In this document: in pieces, positions 8,670 through 18,531 of the stretch
Layout: each line of letters starts with the position of its first letter
Position numbering within the stretch: position 1 is the stretch's first letter
Origin: Candidatus Kaiserbacteria bacterium
Lineage (GTDB): Bacteria; Patescibacteriota; Minisyncoccia; Phycocordibacterales; Phycocordibacteraceae
Reading direction: 5' to 3'
DNA length: 64,000 nucleotides
NCBI GenBank assembly: GCA_016182485.1
Contig: JACPGH010000002.1
Location: forward strand, 26,608-90,607
Notes under the pieces: generated by a model
What the model was told of the DNA's origin: nothing
Database searches by the model: none
The model's input: only the letters and a program-made list of their open reading frames with translations
Program-made: the position numbers and the translations under genes

Positions 8670-11348
8670 ATGCCTCCTCCTTTCACTAATTTCACAACCA
8701 AAGCCAAGGAAGCGGTCCGCCGCGCGCATGAGCTCGCTATCGAGCGCGGGCAGAACCATGTCTCGCCGCTCCATCTTCTCGCGGCGCTCGTGCTGCAGGA
8801 AGAGTCGCTCGTTTTTTCCATCCTCGACCGGATGGAGATAGACGCGATCATGTTCACCGATGCCGTCCTCGAACAGCTGGAAACGCCCGAGAGCGCGTCA
8901 GTCCTCTCGCCCTCCTACCAGATTTATCTCACGCCGGATCTCGCACAGGCGCTCGAGGCGGCCGGGAAGATCGCCGCGCGCTTGAACGATACTTTCGTCG
9001 GTACCGAACATCTTTTCTTGGCGATAATCGAGCATCCGGGAGTCGCCGCCGACGTTCTCTCGCGCTTCTCTATCCAGCAAGCGTCCGCGCTCGCGGTACT
9101 GAAGGAGCTCAAGACCACTAAGGACGGAAGCTCCGCGGAGCCGAAACGCTTCCGCGCCCTCGCGAAATACGCGCGGAATCTCACCAAGCTCGCCGCCGAG
9201 AACAAGCTTGATCCGGTGATCGGCCGCGACGTGGAAATTAACCGGGTCATCCAGATCCTCGCGCGCCGCACGAAGAACAACCCGATACTTATCGGCGAGG
9301 CGGGCGTCGGCAAGACGGCGATCGCCGAGGGGCTTGCGGCGCGCATGGCCGTAGGCGACGTCCCGGAGACGCTGAAAGGGAAGGAATTGCTCTCGCTCGA
9401 TCTCGGGCTTATGATCGCCGGCACGAAATATCGCGGAGAATTCGAAGAGCGCATGAAGAACGTGATGAAAGAAGTCGAGCGGTCGGAAGGCAAGGTCGTC
9501 CTCTTCGTGGACGAGTTGCACACGCTCGTGGGCGCGGGCGGAGCCGAAGGCAGCCTCGACGCTTCGAATATGCTGAAGCCCGCGCTCTCCCGCGGCGAGA
9601 TCCGCGTCATCGGCGCGACCACGCTCAAGGAATATCAAAAATACATCGAGAAAGACGCGGCGCTCACCAGACGGTTTCAATCGGTGTTCGTGCAGGAGCC
9701 TTCAGTCGAGGACGGCATCGCGATACTGCGAGGGCTCCGCGATAAATATGAGCTCTATCACGGCGTGCGTATCACCGACGGCGCCATCGTAGCGGCCGTC
9801 GAGCTCTCGGCGCGCTACATCAGCGATCGCTTCCTGCCCGATAAGGCGATAGATCTTATCGATGAATCCGCCTCCGGACTGCGTATCGCTCTTGAGAACA
9901 AGCCTCCCTTGCTCGAAGAGACCGACCGCAAGATCCGCCGGCTGGAGATAGAGCGCCAGGCGCTCCAGAAAGACGTCGATGGCGAGCATTCTTCCGAGAT
10001 CAAAGAGCGCATCAAGGATATCGATGTCGAAGTGGCCGATCTTAAAGAGAAGACGGCCGAGCTCGGTCTCAAGTGGAAGAACGAGAAGGAAGTGTTGACC
10101 GAGATACGGGCGGCGAAGAACGAGCTCGAGAAGCTCAAGGTGCAGGCGGAGAAGGCCGAGGCCGCCGCCGACCTCGGCACGGTCGCGGAGATCCGCTACG
10201 GCCGTATCCCGCATATCCAGCGCGATCTCGAGACCAAGCTCAAGCGGCTCAAAACATTGCAGAAATCTCGGCGCGTACTGAATGAAGAAGTTACCGAACA
10301 GGATATCGCTTCTGTGGTCTCCCGCTGGACGGGCATCCCGGTACAGCGAATGCTCGAAGAGGAAGCGGCGAAACTCGCGCGCATGGAGGAAGCGCTTAAA
10401 GCAGGCATCATCGGACAAAATCCCGCAGTGCAGAAAGTTACGAACGCAGTGAAGCGCTCGCGGGTGGGAATCAGCGACCCGAATCGCCCTATCGGCTCCT
10501 TCCTCTTTCTCGGCCCGACCGGGGTAGGGAAGACGGAGCTCTCGAAGAAGCTCGCGGAATTCATGTTCAACGATGCCGACGCTCTGGTGCGAGTGGATAT
10601 GAGCGAATTCATGGAGAGGCACTCGGTGGCGAAATTGATCGGCGCGCCGCCGGGCTACGTGGGCTATGAGGAATCAGGCCTGCTCACCGAGCGCATCCGC
10701 CATCGTCCCTACGCGGTCGTGCTATTCGACGAAATCGAGAAGGCGCACCCCGAGGTTTTCAATATTCTGCTCCAGGTCCTCGACTCGGGGCACTTGACCG
10801 ACGGTAAGGGCCGCAAGGTCAATTTCAAGAACACGATCATCGTGCTGACCAGTAACATCGGCGGGGAATTCATCGATAAGTTGGCGCACATCGGCTTCGG
10901 GACGGCTGGCGCCACCGACGCGTCGCGTTACGAAGAGACTAAGGAGAAGATAATGAGCGAGCTGCGCGAGCACTTCCGCCCGGAATTCTTGAACCGCCTG
11001 GACGACATCATCATCTTCGACGTTCTCTCGAAGGAGGCGCTGGCCGAGATAGTGCACAATCAGGTGGAGGAGGTCGTGAAGCGGCTCGCGCACAAGCGCA
11101 TCACGCTCGTCATCTCGCCGGAAGTCCGTACGTGGCTCGCCGAGAAAGGATACAATCCCGAATACGGCGCCCGGCCGCTGCGGCGAACTATTCAGGATAA
11201 GATACTCACGCCGCTCGCATCGCTCATGGTCTCGCAGGGCGTGCTTGAGGGCGGCACGGTTGCAGTCAGCGTGAGGAACGACGAGCCGAGTTTCGAAGTA
11301 AGAAAGAAAGTGCGAGCGGGCCTTAAGAAAGAAGCCGCGGTTGCCTAA
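8670..11348 (+). CDS. clpB: ATP-dependent chaperone ClpB
   Basis: Two AAA+ modules (GEAGVGKT, GPTGVGKT), a long coiled-coil middle domain and GARPLRR. Confidence 0.95.
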   Translation: MPPPFTNFTTKAKEAVRRAHELAIERGQNHVSPLHLLAALVLQEESLVFSILDRMEIDAIMFTDAVLEQLETPESASVLSPSYQIYLTPDLAQALEAAGKIAARLNDTFVGTEHLFLAIIEHPGVAADVLSRFSIQQASALAVLKELKTTKDGSSAEPKRFRALAKYARNLTKLAAENKLDPVIGRDVEINRVIQILARRTKNNPILIGEAGVGKTAIAEGLAARMAVGDVPETLKGKELLSLDLGLMIAGTKYRGEFEERMKNVMKEVERSEGKVVLFVDELHTLVGAGGAEGSLDASNMLKPALSRGEIRVIGATTLKEYQKYIEKDAALTRRFQSVFVQEPSVEDGIAILRGLRDKYELYHGVRITDGAIVAAVELSARYISDRFLPDKAIDLIDESASGLRIALENKPPLLEETDRKIRRLEIERQALQKDVDGEHSSEIKERIKDIDVEVADLKEKTAELGLKWKNEKEVLTEIRAAKNELEKLKVQAEKAEAAADLGTVAEIRYGRIPHIQRDLETKLKRLKTLQKSRRVLNEEVTEQDIASVVSRWTGIPVQRMLEEEAAKLARMEEALKAGIIGQNPAVQKVTNAVKRSRVGISDPNRPIGSFLFLGPTGVGKTELSKKLAEFMFNDADALVRVDMSEFMERHSVAKLIGAPPGYVGYEESGLLTERIRHRPYAVVLFDEIEKAHPEVFNILLQVLDSGHLTDGKGRKVNFKNTIIVLTSNIGGEFIDKLAHIGFGTAGATDASRYEETKEKIMSELREHFRPEFLNRLDDIIIFDVLSKEALAEIVHNQVEEVVKRLAHKRITLVISPEVRTWLAEKGYNPEYGARPLRRTIQDKILTPLASLMVSQGVLEGGTVAVSVRNDEPSFEVRKKVRAGLKKEAAVA

Positions 11349-11364
11349 GCTACGCCAGCACCGG

Positions 11365-11440
11365 TGTGAAGGTCTGACCTTCACATCGAAAAAGTCTGAT
11401 AAAATATACGTATATTGTATGTGAAGGTCTGACCTTCACA
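11365..11440. repeat. Doublet of the 21-bp palindrome TGTGAAGGTC(T/A)GACCTTCACA, 34-nt spacer
   Basis: Copies at 11365-11385 and 11420-11440. Confidence 0.95.
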
Positions 11441-11533
11441 GGTACGAGCTGGCGCAATCGCCAGCTTTCGGCGTGTAAAAACAACGCGGCGCGTGGAGGG
11501 AACCTCCACACGCCGCTGGGGCGCTCGCCATGC

Positions 11534-11848
11534 TCACTTCTTCGGGAGCTTGCACTCCGTCTCACCCGACGGGGAGACCGTGCAGGTGACAGGGCCCGAG
11601 TTCTTCTGCAAGTAGTACGCGATGATGCCGATCTGCGTCGACGTAGCTTCCTTGCCGGCGCAATCGAGTTTCAGCACCGCGTCGTCTGGAGAACGCGCCT
11701 CGGTTGACTTCATGGTACATGGGATGTCTCGCGCAGCCATGCTTGAGTGCCGTGGGACAGCATAGGCCACCGCTTGAATAGCGGCGGCCACAGCGATGAG
11801 CAGCGCGATGAGAAGTTGTGCTGGGAACGGTAGAATGAGGCGCTTCAT
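11534..11848 (-). CDS. Hypothetical secreted/membrane protein (104 aa, 4 Cys)
   Basis: MKRLILPF... with hydrophobic N-terminus; ATGA overlap with the upstream ORF, so the longer called ORF start is rejected. Confidence 0.6.
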   Translation of the reverse strand: MKRLILPFPAQLLIALLIAVAAAIQAVAYAVPRHSSMAARDIPCTMKSTEARSPDDAVLKLDCAGKEATSTQIGIIAYYLQKNSGPVTCTVSPSGETECKLPKK

Positions 11849-12456
11849 GACCGCACCTCCTGCTCGTGGCGCTCGATCATGATCGAAGGGCAGACCTTCT
11901 GCTTCTGTGCGGCGAACCATTCGCCGAGGATTTCGAAGAAGGTCGGCGCTGTCGGGACATGCGCCTCCGCCTTCTCTCGCTCCGCGCGCCAGCGCCGAAG
12001 GCGTCGCTGGTACTGCCATTCGTTCACGCGGTTCCCAGCGGCCTTGATGCCCCAGATGAACAGGACGACTCCGACGATGCCGCCCGCGGTGAGCGAATAG
12101 GCGGAACCGCCGAAGAGGGTCATTGGCAGGACGGTGAAGACCGCTATCAGGAGGCCGTACAGGATCACGTGAAGCGTGAGAATGAGTGGTGCGTAGACGA
12201 GCGTGACCCTCAGGAAGAAGCAGAGATTGGTGTGCTTGATCCATGAGGCAGTGTCTCTGTCCCGGAAGGCATCGTAGATGCCAAGGGACCATAGGAACCA
12301 TCGAACGTACCATTGCCGGTCGTCGAGAGTCATTAGGTATCCTTTCTCCGCCTCAATGCGGCATTCGACAAGGAACTGCTTGAGCCGCTGCTGGCGAGTC
12401 CCAACGACGCGCCAATTCCGGGCCGAAGTATGCTCCACCGGAAGGCTTGTTGTCAA
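11845..12456 (-). CDS. Hypothetical membrane protein
   Basis: Two hydrophobic segments; C-terminal 'KQKVCPSI'; start uncertain. Confidence 0.6.
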   Translation of the reverse strand: MTTSLPVEHTSARNWRVVGTRQQRLKQFLVECRIEAEKGYLMTLDDRQWYVRWFLWSLGIYDAFRDRDTASWIKHTNLCFFLRVTLVYAPLILTLHVILYGLLIAVFTVLPMTLFGGSAYSLTAGGIVGVVLFIWGIKAAGNRVNEWQYQRRLRRWRAEREKAEAHVPTAPTFFEILGEWFAAQKQKVCPSIMIERHEQEVRS

Positions 12457-12527
12457 GGTTCGCCAGCGGTCGCTCAGGACATAAGCGAGAGATTGCTTCC
12501 TGGGTTCTTGTTTGTTATATTTTTAAT

Positions 12528-12698
12528 ATGTCCCAAGACCGAATCATACGGATGCAGTCCTCCGCCTCGAAACACGTATTGATAACCCGCAAGAACAAAA
12601 AAGCGGTGCAGCGTAAGATCGAACTTACGAAATACGATCCTGTCGCTCGGAAGCGCGTGGTGTACAAAGAAATCAAGTGGAAGGGTAAGGGAGGATAA
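12528..12698 (+). CDS. rpmG: 50S ribosomal protein L33 (Cys-free form)
   Basis: 'TRKNKK...IELTKYDPVARKRVVYKE'; promoter TTGCTT-17-TATATT lies 6 nt before ATG 12528. Confidence 0.92.
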   Translation: MSQDRIIRMQSSASKHVLITRKNKKAVQRKIELTKYDPVARKRVVYKEIKWKGKGG

Positions 12699-12732
12699 AT
12701 CGAAAGCCCCGCGTCCGCGGGGCTTTCGATTT
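12697..12732. terminator. Bidirectional hairpin terminator between rpmG and tRNA-Trp
   Basis: AAATCGAAAGCCCCGCG-TC-CGCGGGGCTTTCGATTT. Confidence 0.8.
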
Positions 12733-12777
12733 GGCGGGCTTCGCCTCGCCGAAGGTTCGTTTTTTGCGAACCGAAGG

Positions 12778-12848
12778 CGGGTCCACGAGGAGTCGGACCT
12801 CGGCTATCGCTTTTGGAGAGCGACGTTCTACCGTTAAACTATGGACCC
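12778..12848 (-). tRNA. tRNA-Trp(CCA)
   Basis: GGGTCCATAGTTTAACGGTAGAACG-TCGCT-CTCCAAA-AGCGA...GAGGTCCGACTCCTCG-TGGACCC-G; the T-loop reads TCCGA instead of TTCGA. Confidence 0.9.
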
Positions 12849-12925
12849 CAACAGCTTTACGATAACAGAGAGTGGGCAGTGGGGAAAGCGGCGTTCGGAC
12901 TGGATACGGACGGTATCATGTAGAC

Positions 12926-14053
12926 ATGCGTTCTCGCACGTTCCTTCTCTTTGTCGCGTTCATGGCCGTTCTGTTCGTTCCTCAGCTCGCAGAAGCCCGC
13001 ATCCCGTTCTTCGGCCCGATTCTTCCAAGCGAGGCCTTTAACCCCGCATTGTGCCCGACCGGACTCGGCTGGGGAGCGGTCATAGTCGTCATCAACAATG
13101 TCATCGAGTTCGCGCTCACGATTATCCTCGTCTTCCTCGCGCCGATCATGATCGCCTACTCCGGATTCCTCTACGTCGTGAATCCCTTCAAGCCAGATGG
13201 GTTGGCGAAGGCGAGGTCACTTCTCCTCAGTACTGTCGTCGGCATAGTCGTGGCGCTTGGCGCCTGGATGATCGTGAGCGCGCTCATGGCGGTGCTCTAT
13301 CATCCGGATCCGAACAAGGGATTTACGGAAAATTGGGCCAGCATCATTAATTCCGGCGGGCAGGGGCTATGCCTTTCGCAACAAGGGGCGGCTCCTTCTT
13401 CTGGAGGGGGGTCAGTCACGGTGATAGGAGTCGAGCCGATTACGCAGCCAACGCCCGTTACGCCGCCCACTTCTGGCGGCCCTTCTATGAGTCAGACAGC
13501 TATACAAACCGCTGCGAACAAGGCCCAGCCCTATCGGAATCAAGTCTGCGCGGCGGCTTCCGTTAATGGCATTTCTGGCCAATGCAACCAACTGCTCGGT
13601 ATTCTCGGGGTCGAATCAAATGGAAATCCAAATGCCCGTCCTCCGGGCGGCGGAGAAGGCGAGATAGGTCTCATGCAGCTTAAGCCGAGCACCGCGGCGA
13701 TGAACGGCGTCGCTGCATGCGTTGGCTCATCGGACCTTTCTCCGTCGGCGGAGTGCGCAGCCAGATTGCAAGACCCAACGGCGAACATTAATGCCGGTGT
13801 TCGATATTATGCGGGGCTGTATCGCGAATTCCGCGACTCTAGAAATGCAACAGCCGCATATAACGGCGGGAATGGTCGCGGCAGTAATGCGGACGGCACT
13901 CGACAAGCATTTGCGCCAAGCAGGGATTGTATCCCTCCGACATATCCCTCGGGCATGTATGCGTGGGAATGCCCCATTAATCCGGGCGGCTTTGCGGGCA
14001 CGCAAAGTTACGTCGCCAACGTCGCATCTGTTGCCGCCAGAGTAGCAAATTAG
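12926..14053 (+). CDS. Pilin-like membrane domain fused to a lytic transglycosylase (SLT) domain
   Basis: Signal peptide, two TM helices ('IAYSGFLYV...KARSLL...VVGIVVALGAWMIV'), Pro/Thr linker, then SLT motifs ES, GLMQL, NINAGVRY and AYNGG. Confidence 0.8.
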   Translation: MRSRTFLLFVAFMAVLFVPQLAEARIPFFGPILPSEAFNPALCPTGLGWGAVIVVINNVIEFALTIILVFLAPIMIAYSGFLYVVNPFKPDGLAKARSLLLSTVVGIVVALGAWMIVSALMAVLYHPDPNKGFTENWASIINSGGQGLCLSQQGAAPSSGGGSVTVIGVEPITQPTPVTPPTSGGPSMSQTAIQTAANKAQPYRNQVCAAASVNGISGQCNQLLGILGVESNGNPNARPPGGGEGEIGLMQLKPSTAAMNGVAACVGSSDLSPSAECAARLQDPTANINAGVRYYAGLYREFRDSRNATAAYNGGNGRGSNADGTRQAFAPSRDCIPPTYPSGMYAWECPINPGGFAGTQSYVANVASVAARVAN

Positions 14054-14970
14054 GACATCGGATGTCCTAATTTCCGCAGCCAAGCCTTCTGCCGGCGCGC
14101 GTATTGCCAGAGCTTCGCTGAAAGGATAGGGAATAATTTTCTCTCAAGCCGCGCTGCGTCCTCTGTAGCCTTGGCGGAGGAGGAGAGGAACTCGCCGACT
14201 ATTTTGTATTCAAGCCCGAGTTCGTTCAGGCGCGCATCGCCCGCGGCTTCACGCACGCGCCGCACTTCCTCAATGAGGCCGCGCTCGAAGGCGCGCGCGA
14301 GACGGGCGCCGATGCGCGCGCGTAGCTCTTCAGCCGGCGGGTCAATCACGATCCATTCCGGAGCAAATGTTAGGACATCCGATGTCCTAGTTTCAGAATG
14401 CATGTCGGGACATCGGATGTCCCTGGCCCGGGGCGGGACGGTGCCGTTGGCAGCGATTATCTCGAGCGCGCGGATGAGCCGGCGGCGGTTCTGCGGATCG
14501 AGTTCCGCCGCGCGGCGCGGGTCCTGTTCTCTAATTCGCGCGAATAGTTCTTCAGTCGGGAGTAATTCCAGTTTCTCGCGCAGTTCCGGATTCGCATCGA
14601 CTCCTGCGGGCAAGCCATGCAGCAAAGCATCAAAATAGAAATGCGTGCCGCCGACAAGAATGGGCAGTTTGCCTCGCGCTACAATTTCGGGGATTAATCT
14701 ACACGCATCGTTGACGAAATCTCCGGCGGAATACGTTTCGGCCACGTTCCGTATATCGATGAGATGATGCGGCACGCCGCGACGCTCGTCTGCCGGCATT
14801 TTCTCCGTGCCGATATCGAGTCCGCGATAGACCTGCCGCGAATCGACCGAGATTATCTCGCCGTCCCGCGCGAGCGCTTCTTCGACCGCTCGGGCGGATT
14901 TCCCCGAAGCGGTCGGGCCGGCGATACAAATTATATTGACCGGATTATGCCCGGTAGGACTAAATGGCAT
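14050..14970 (-). CDS. miaA: tRNA dimethylallyltransferase
   Basis: GPTASGKS, DSRQVYRGLDIGTEK, PHHLID, VGGT, RRLIRALE and YARRQ motifs. Confidence 0.95.
   Translation of the reverse strand: MPFSPTGHNPVNIICIAGPTASGKSARAVEEALARDGEIISVDSRQVYRGLDIGTEKMPADERRGVPHHLIDIRNVAETYSAGDFVNDACRLIPEIVARGKLPILVGGTHFYFDALLHGLPAGVDANPELREKLELLPTEELFARIREQDPRRAAELDPQNRRRLIRALEIIAANGTVPPRARDIRCPDMHSETRTSDVLTFAPEWIVIDPPAEELRARIGARLARAFERGLIEEVRRVREAAGDARLNELGLEYKIVGEFLSSSAKATEDAARLERKLFPILSAKLWQYARRQKAWLRKLGHPMS
14371..14423. repeat. Doublet of the GGACATC(C/G)GATGTCC palindrome inserted in frame in miaA
   Basis: Copies at 14371-14389 and 14407-14423; a third at 14050-14070 carries the miaA stop. Related copies at about 28861 (degenerate), 29720-29742 and 58942-58962 (arms swapped). 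Confidence 0.85.
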
Positions 14971-15080
14971 TGCAGTACGCTTAATACGCTTTTAATACCA
15001 CTACAGGCATTAAGTGTATACTGTATAGCAATTATCAATCCGTTCACTTATCAAGTGATGCTATTTAATCCTAACCGGGT

Positions 15081-15746
15081 ATGAATGAAACCAAGAGCAA
15101 CTATTGTGCGCACTGCGGCGATTTCCACGATCCGGTAAGCGACTACGCCTCGCGGGTTAAAGTGGGCGAGAAAGTACCCGATTTCGAGTTCGAGGCGTAC
15201 CACGAGGACAAGATGAAAACGATGAGCCTCTCGGGAATTCGCGGGAAAGGAAGATGGACCGTGCTCGTCTTCTACCCGGCAGACTTCTCGTTCGTCTGCC
15301 CAACCGAGCTCGAGGAGCTCGCGAAACTTTACCCGAAATTCCAGGAGCTCAATGCCGAAATCGTATCGGTATCCTCAGACAGCGTCTACGTGCACAAGGC
15401 TTGGCATGACGCTTCGGAGGGCATCAGGCAGGTCCAGTTTCCGATGGCCGCGGACCCTTCCGGCAAGATCGCGCACGCCTTCGGCGTGCTAATCGAGGGC
15501 GGTGAGCCCGAGTTCATGGTGGATGAAGGATTCCCTCTGCGCGGCACGTTCATCATCGATCCTTCCGGCACCTTGCGCGCGATGGAAGTGAACGATAATT
15601 CTATCGGACGCAAGGGTACGGAGACGCTGCGCAAGCTACAGGCGGCGCAGTACGTGGAGGCGCACAAAGGGCAGGTTTGTCCGGCCTCGTGGGAGCCGGG
15701 CGAAGACACGCTTGAGCCGGGGCTCGGCCTCGTCGGGAAGTTGTAA
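15081..15746 (+). CDS. ahpC: 2-Cys peroxiredoxin (AhpC/Prx1)
   Basis: FYPADFSFVCPTE and VCPASW motifs; RGTFIIDP. Confidence 0.92.
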   Translation: MNETKSNYCAHCGDFHDPVSDYASRVKVGEKVPDFEFEAYHEDKMKTMSLSGIRGKGRWTVLVFYPADFSFVCPTELEELAKLYPKFQELNAEIVSVSSDSVYVHKAWHDASEGIRQVQFPMAADPSGKIAHAFGVLIEGGEPEFMVDEGFPLRGTFIIDPSGTLRAMEVNDNSIGRKGTETLRKLQAAQYVEAHKGQVCPASWEPGEDTLEPGLGLVGKL

Positions 15747-15755
15747 AAAAGAATT

Positions 15756-15784
15756 CAGGCGTCCCGCGGGGAGCGGGACGCCTG
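15756..15784. terminator. Hairpin between convergent genes
   Basis: CAGGCGTCCCGC-GGGGA-GCGGGACGCCTG, preceded by an A-run (U-tail on the minus strand). Confidence 0.65.
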
Positions 15785-15864
15785 TTCATCGTCCTCGGCG
15801 TCACACCGAATGGTGTTCCGCCTTCCGGGACGGGGGAGGGCGCGAACTGGGCGTCCATGGCGGG

Positions 15865-16074
15865 CTAGAAGACCGGAGCCGAGACGCCGGGCTCGCGCCA
15901 TTCGACCCGAGCGTCCCGCACTTCCGCGCCGATGGCCCCGATCTGGGCACGTGCCTCCTTCTGAGCGCCCTGCACCGATGCGCAATCGTTGATCGGGATG
16001 ACGACTTCTCGGCGAAAGGTCACTTCGCCGATCCGACCTCTCACTACCACAACGAACACCGCGACGCACGCCAT
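15865..16074 (-). CDS. Small hypothetical protein (69 aa)
   Basis: ATG preceded by SD-like AAAGGGGGA; no recognisable family. Confidence 0.45.
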   Translation of the reverse strand: MACVAVFVVVVRGRIGEVTFRREVVIPINDCASVQGAQKEARAQIGAIGAEVRDARVEWREPGVSAPVF

Positions 16075-16142
16075 TTCAGGTCCCCCTTTCGATCAGCCTG
16101 CCGCTACTTTAACACGGATTTAATCTCGCCCGATATATTGCT

Positions 16143-17855
16143 TCACATCCGCGTCTTAAGCATGTCGCGCTTGATATCGTCGAAGGGGTCGATTGCTTGT
16201 CCCGAGCTTTGTCGAGGGACTTTTTTCCCGGGATTGAAAAGGTTAGTCGGATCAAAAATGTGCTTCGTTCGCTCGAAGAGCCGCATCATCTCCTCGCCGA
16301 ATACGAGCGGGAGGTAGGGCGTGCGGATGATTCCGTCGTTGTGCTCGCCGGTCGTCGTGCCGCCCTCCTTCACCACTAGATCGTAGACGCGCGGCCCGAG
16401 CTCGAGGATCACCTGTCGGTTCTCTTCCTTAGAAAGATCCATGAGCGGGATGATATGGAAGTTGCCGTTCCCGACGTGTCCGGCGATCGTGTACACGAAG
16501 TGCGAGGCGTATTCCTGTACGAGCGCATCGAGTTTCGGCAGGAAATCCGGATAGCTTGCGGGCGGCACGACGAAGTCGTCGATAAAGGGCGCCGTGTGCA
16601 GGTCGTGCACGTTCTTGCGCAGAAGATTGAAGCTCTCGCGCCGCACTATCCAATATTTCTCCGACTCTTTCTCATTCTTTTCTATTTTCGTTTGCAGATG
16701 CAGATCCGCCAATGCTGCCTCGGCCGCCGACGCTTTCGCGTCGGCGGCTTCCAGAGTATCTTCGGCAAATTCCGCCATTAGAAGCAGCTTCGGCACGCCG
16801 CCGGTCGCGACCAGCGCGGCCTCGGGAATGAATTCGATGCCGAGGCGAGCGGCCTTTACGAAGCCCATCTGGGCGAGCATTTGCGGAATGAATTTCACCG
16901 CGAGCTTGAAGGTGTGGTCGTCATAGGACTCGAACGATTCCGGTTCCTCGGCGAGGATGCGTTTAACGATCTCCGGCAGGGGAGCGAGGTCGTGCAGGAA
17001 GATTACGAGCATCGCGCGGTGCTCTTTCGGCCTGACGAGCGCGAGTTTCGCCTTCGTCCAGAGCGCGAGCGTGCCCTGGGAGCCGCAGATGAGCTTGGCT
17101 AGATTGAACGCGCCGGTTTGCGCGTCGCGAATGCTCCAGAGCGCGTAGCCGGCGGAGTTTTTCGAGACTTTCGGCCGGTGCGCTGCGATCAGCGCCGCAT
17201 TTTCAGAGAGAAGCGCGTCCATTTCTCGATAAATTTCGCCCTCGAGCGTCTGCAGTTTCTTTTTCTCCTCGACTTCGCCCGGAGTGAGCGATTTAAAAGT
17301 GGCTAACGAGCCGTCGGAGAGGACGACGTCGAGCTCTTCGACATATTTCTCTGTTTTGCCGTATTTAAGAGTGCGCTCTCCGCCGGAATTGTTCGCCACG
17401 ATGCCGCCCATCGCGCACAGCTCGCGGCTCGCGGGATAAGAAGGGAGGAGAAGTCCTTTTTCGAGCGTGGCCTTCTCAAAGTCGCGATAGAGCACGCCTG
17501 GTTCGGTGACGGCGAAGCCACCTATACCTCGCTGCGGCTCGGTATCTTCGCTGTGCTCGACCTCTCCGATGTGGTTCAGGTGTTCAAGGGAAACTACGAC
17601 GCTCCGCGTGAGCGGGCCGCCGGACATGTCAGTGCCGGCGGCCCGTGCTGTGAGCGAAACGTCAGGCCGTTCACCCTGAGCTTGTCGAAGGGCCTTCACG
17701 AGCGCGCTCACATCCTCCGCGTCTTTCGGGTACGCGACCAGCTCCGGCCTCCGTTCGAAAAGAGAAGTATCCCGCGAGAATTTCGTGAGCGTCTCCGCAT
17801 CATCCGCCACTTCTCCCCGAATCGCCGCCCCCAAGATATTTTTTAAATTTGCCAT
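16143..17855 (-). CDS. FAD-binding oxidoreductase (GlcD/D-lactate dehydrogenase family)
   Basis: RAAGTDMSG, GGIVANNSGG, GSQGTL, GHVGNGNFH, GEHNDG and FNPGK motifs; start at ATG 17855 (TATACT 7 nt upstream). Confidence 0.88.
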   Translation of the reverse strand: MANLKNILGAAIRGEVADDAETLTKFSRDTSLFERRPELVAYPKDAEDVSALVKALRQAQGERPDVSLTARAAGTDMSGGPLTRSVVVSLEHLNHIGEVEHSEDTEPQRGIGGFAVTEPGVLYRDFEKATLEKGLLLPSYPASRELCAMGGIVANNSGGERTLKYGKTEKYVEELDVVLSDGSLATFKSLTPGEVEEKKKLQTLEGEIYREMDALLSENAALIAAHRPKVSKNSAGYALWSIRDAQTGAFNLAKLICGSQGTLALWTKAKLALVRPKEHRAMLVIFLHDLAPLPEIVKRILAEEPESFESYDDHTFKLAVKFIPQMLAQMGFVKAARLGIEFIPEAALVATGGVPKLLLMAEFAEDTLEAADAKASAAEAALADLHLQTKIEKNEKESEKYWIVRRESFNLLRKNVHDLHTAPFIDDFVVPPASYPDFLPKLDALVQEYASHFVYTIAGHVGNGNFHIIPLMDLSKEENRQVILELGPRVYDLVVKEGGTTTGEHNDGIIRTPYLPLVFGEEMMRLFERTKHIFDPTNLFNPGKKVPRQSSGQAIDPFDDIKRDMLKTRM

Positions 17856-17958
17856 TGTGCACAGTATAACCTTTCCACGCATATGCACACTTCATGAAGT
17901 GCTAGCCCCCGCTTAAAACACGGCGGGAAATGGGCCTCCTAAAGCGTCGGGAAAATAC

Positions 17959-18531
17959 CTAAAAAGTCTCTAGAGCAAGCCTCGCGCCGACGACAAACGA
18001 AAACTCCTTTTTGGCTTCGGCTTCTTCTTTAAGTTGTGAAAGCAGCGACGAGCGCAGGGGTTCGTTAGTACGAAAACACTTATCTATGGCCTTTTGTATG
18101 CGATTTAGCAGCTCCTGTCGGCGCTCTAAAAGTTCGGTCCGATTGAGCTCAATGTCGATAATTGTTAGTTCACCCCTCTCACTACCACCCCTCTGGAAGA
18201 TATATGCCCCTGAAGCCACTACAGAATCATTCGGATCTTCCGAGTAAGGGTTAATATACGGCATTCTATCCTCGTACTTGGTCCCTTTGGCGTTATTGCA
18301 TCGCTGGCAGACGAAACCGAGATTATTCCACTCGAACTCGAGTTCAGGATATCTACCCTTAGGCTGGATGTGCTCGACATCGCCAAATGATGTATCTCTG
18401 ACGTAGGCTTCGCAGTACATACATTTACCACTGGAGGCATCGATTAAAGCCGCCTTGTTATCTGCGTGCTTATAATCGCCAGCCGTAAGTCGGTCAGGTC
18501 TTGGACAGGTCGGGCGATGCAGTCTGATCAT
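17959..18531 (-). CDS. HNH endonuclease (Septu PtuB-like)
   Basis: CMYCE...VEHIQPK...YPELEFEWNNLGFVCQRCNNAK; translationally coupled to the upstream ATPase. Confidence 0.85.
   Translation of the reverse strand: MIRLHRPTCPRPDRLTAGDYKHADNKAALIDASSGKCMYCEAYVRDTSFGDVEHIQPKGRYPELEFEWNNLGFVCQRCNNAKGTKYEDRMPYINPYSEDPNDSVVASGAYIFQRGGSERGELTIIDIELNRTELLERRQELLNRIQKAIDKCFRTNEPLRSSLLSQLKEEAEAKKEFSFVVGARLALETF

Noticed and set aside
8898-11384. Long antisense ORFs within clpB (likewise within infB, GH130 and crt genes)
   Set aside because: Typical shadow frames of GC-rich coding sequence with no motifs.
15601-15858. 85-aa minus-strand ORF
   Set aside because: Crosses a terminator hairpin and overlaps ahpC antisense.
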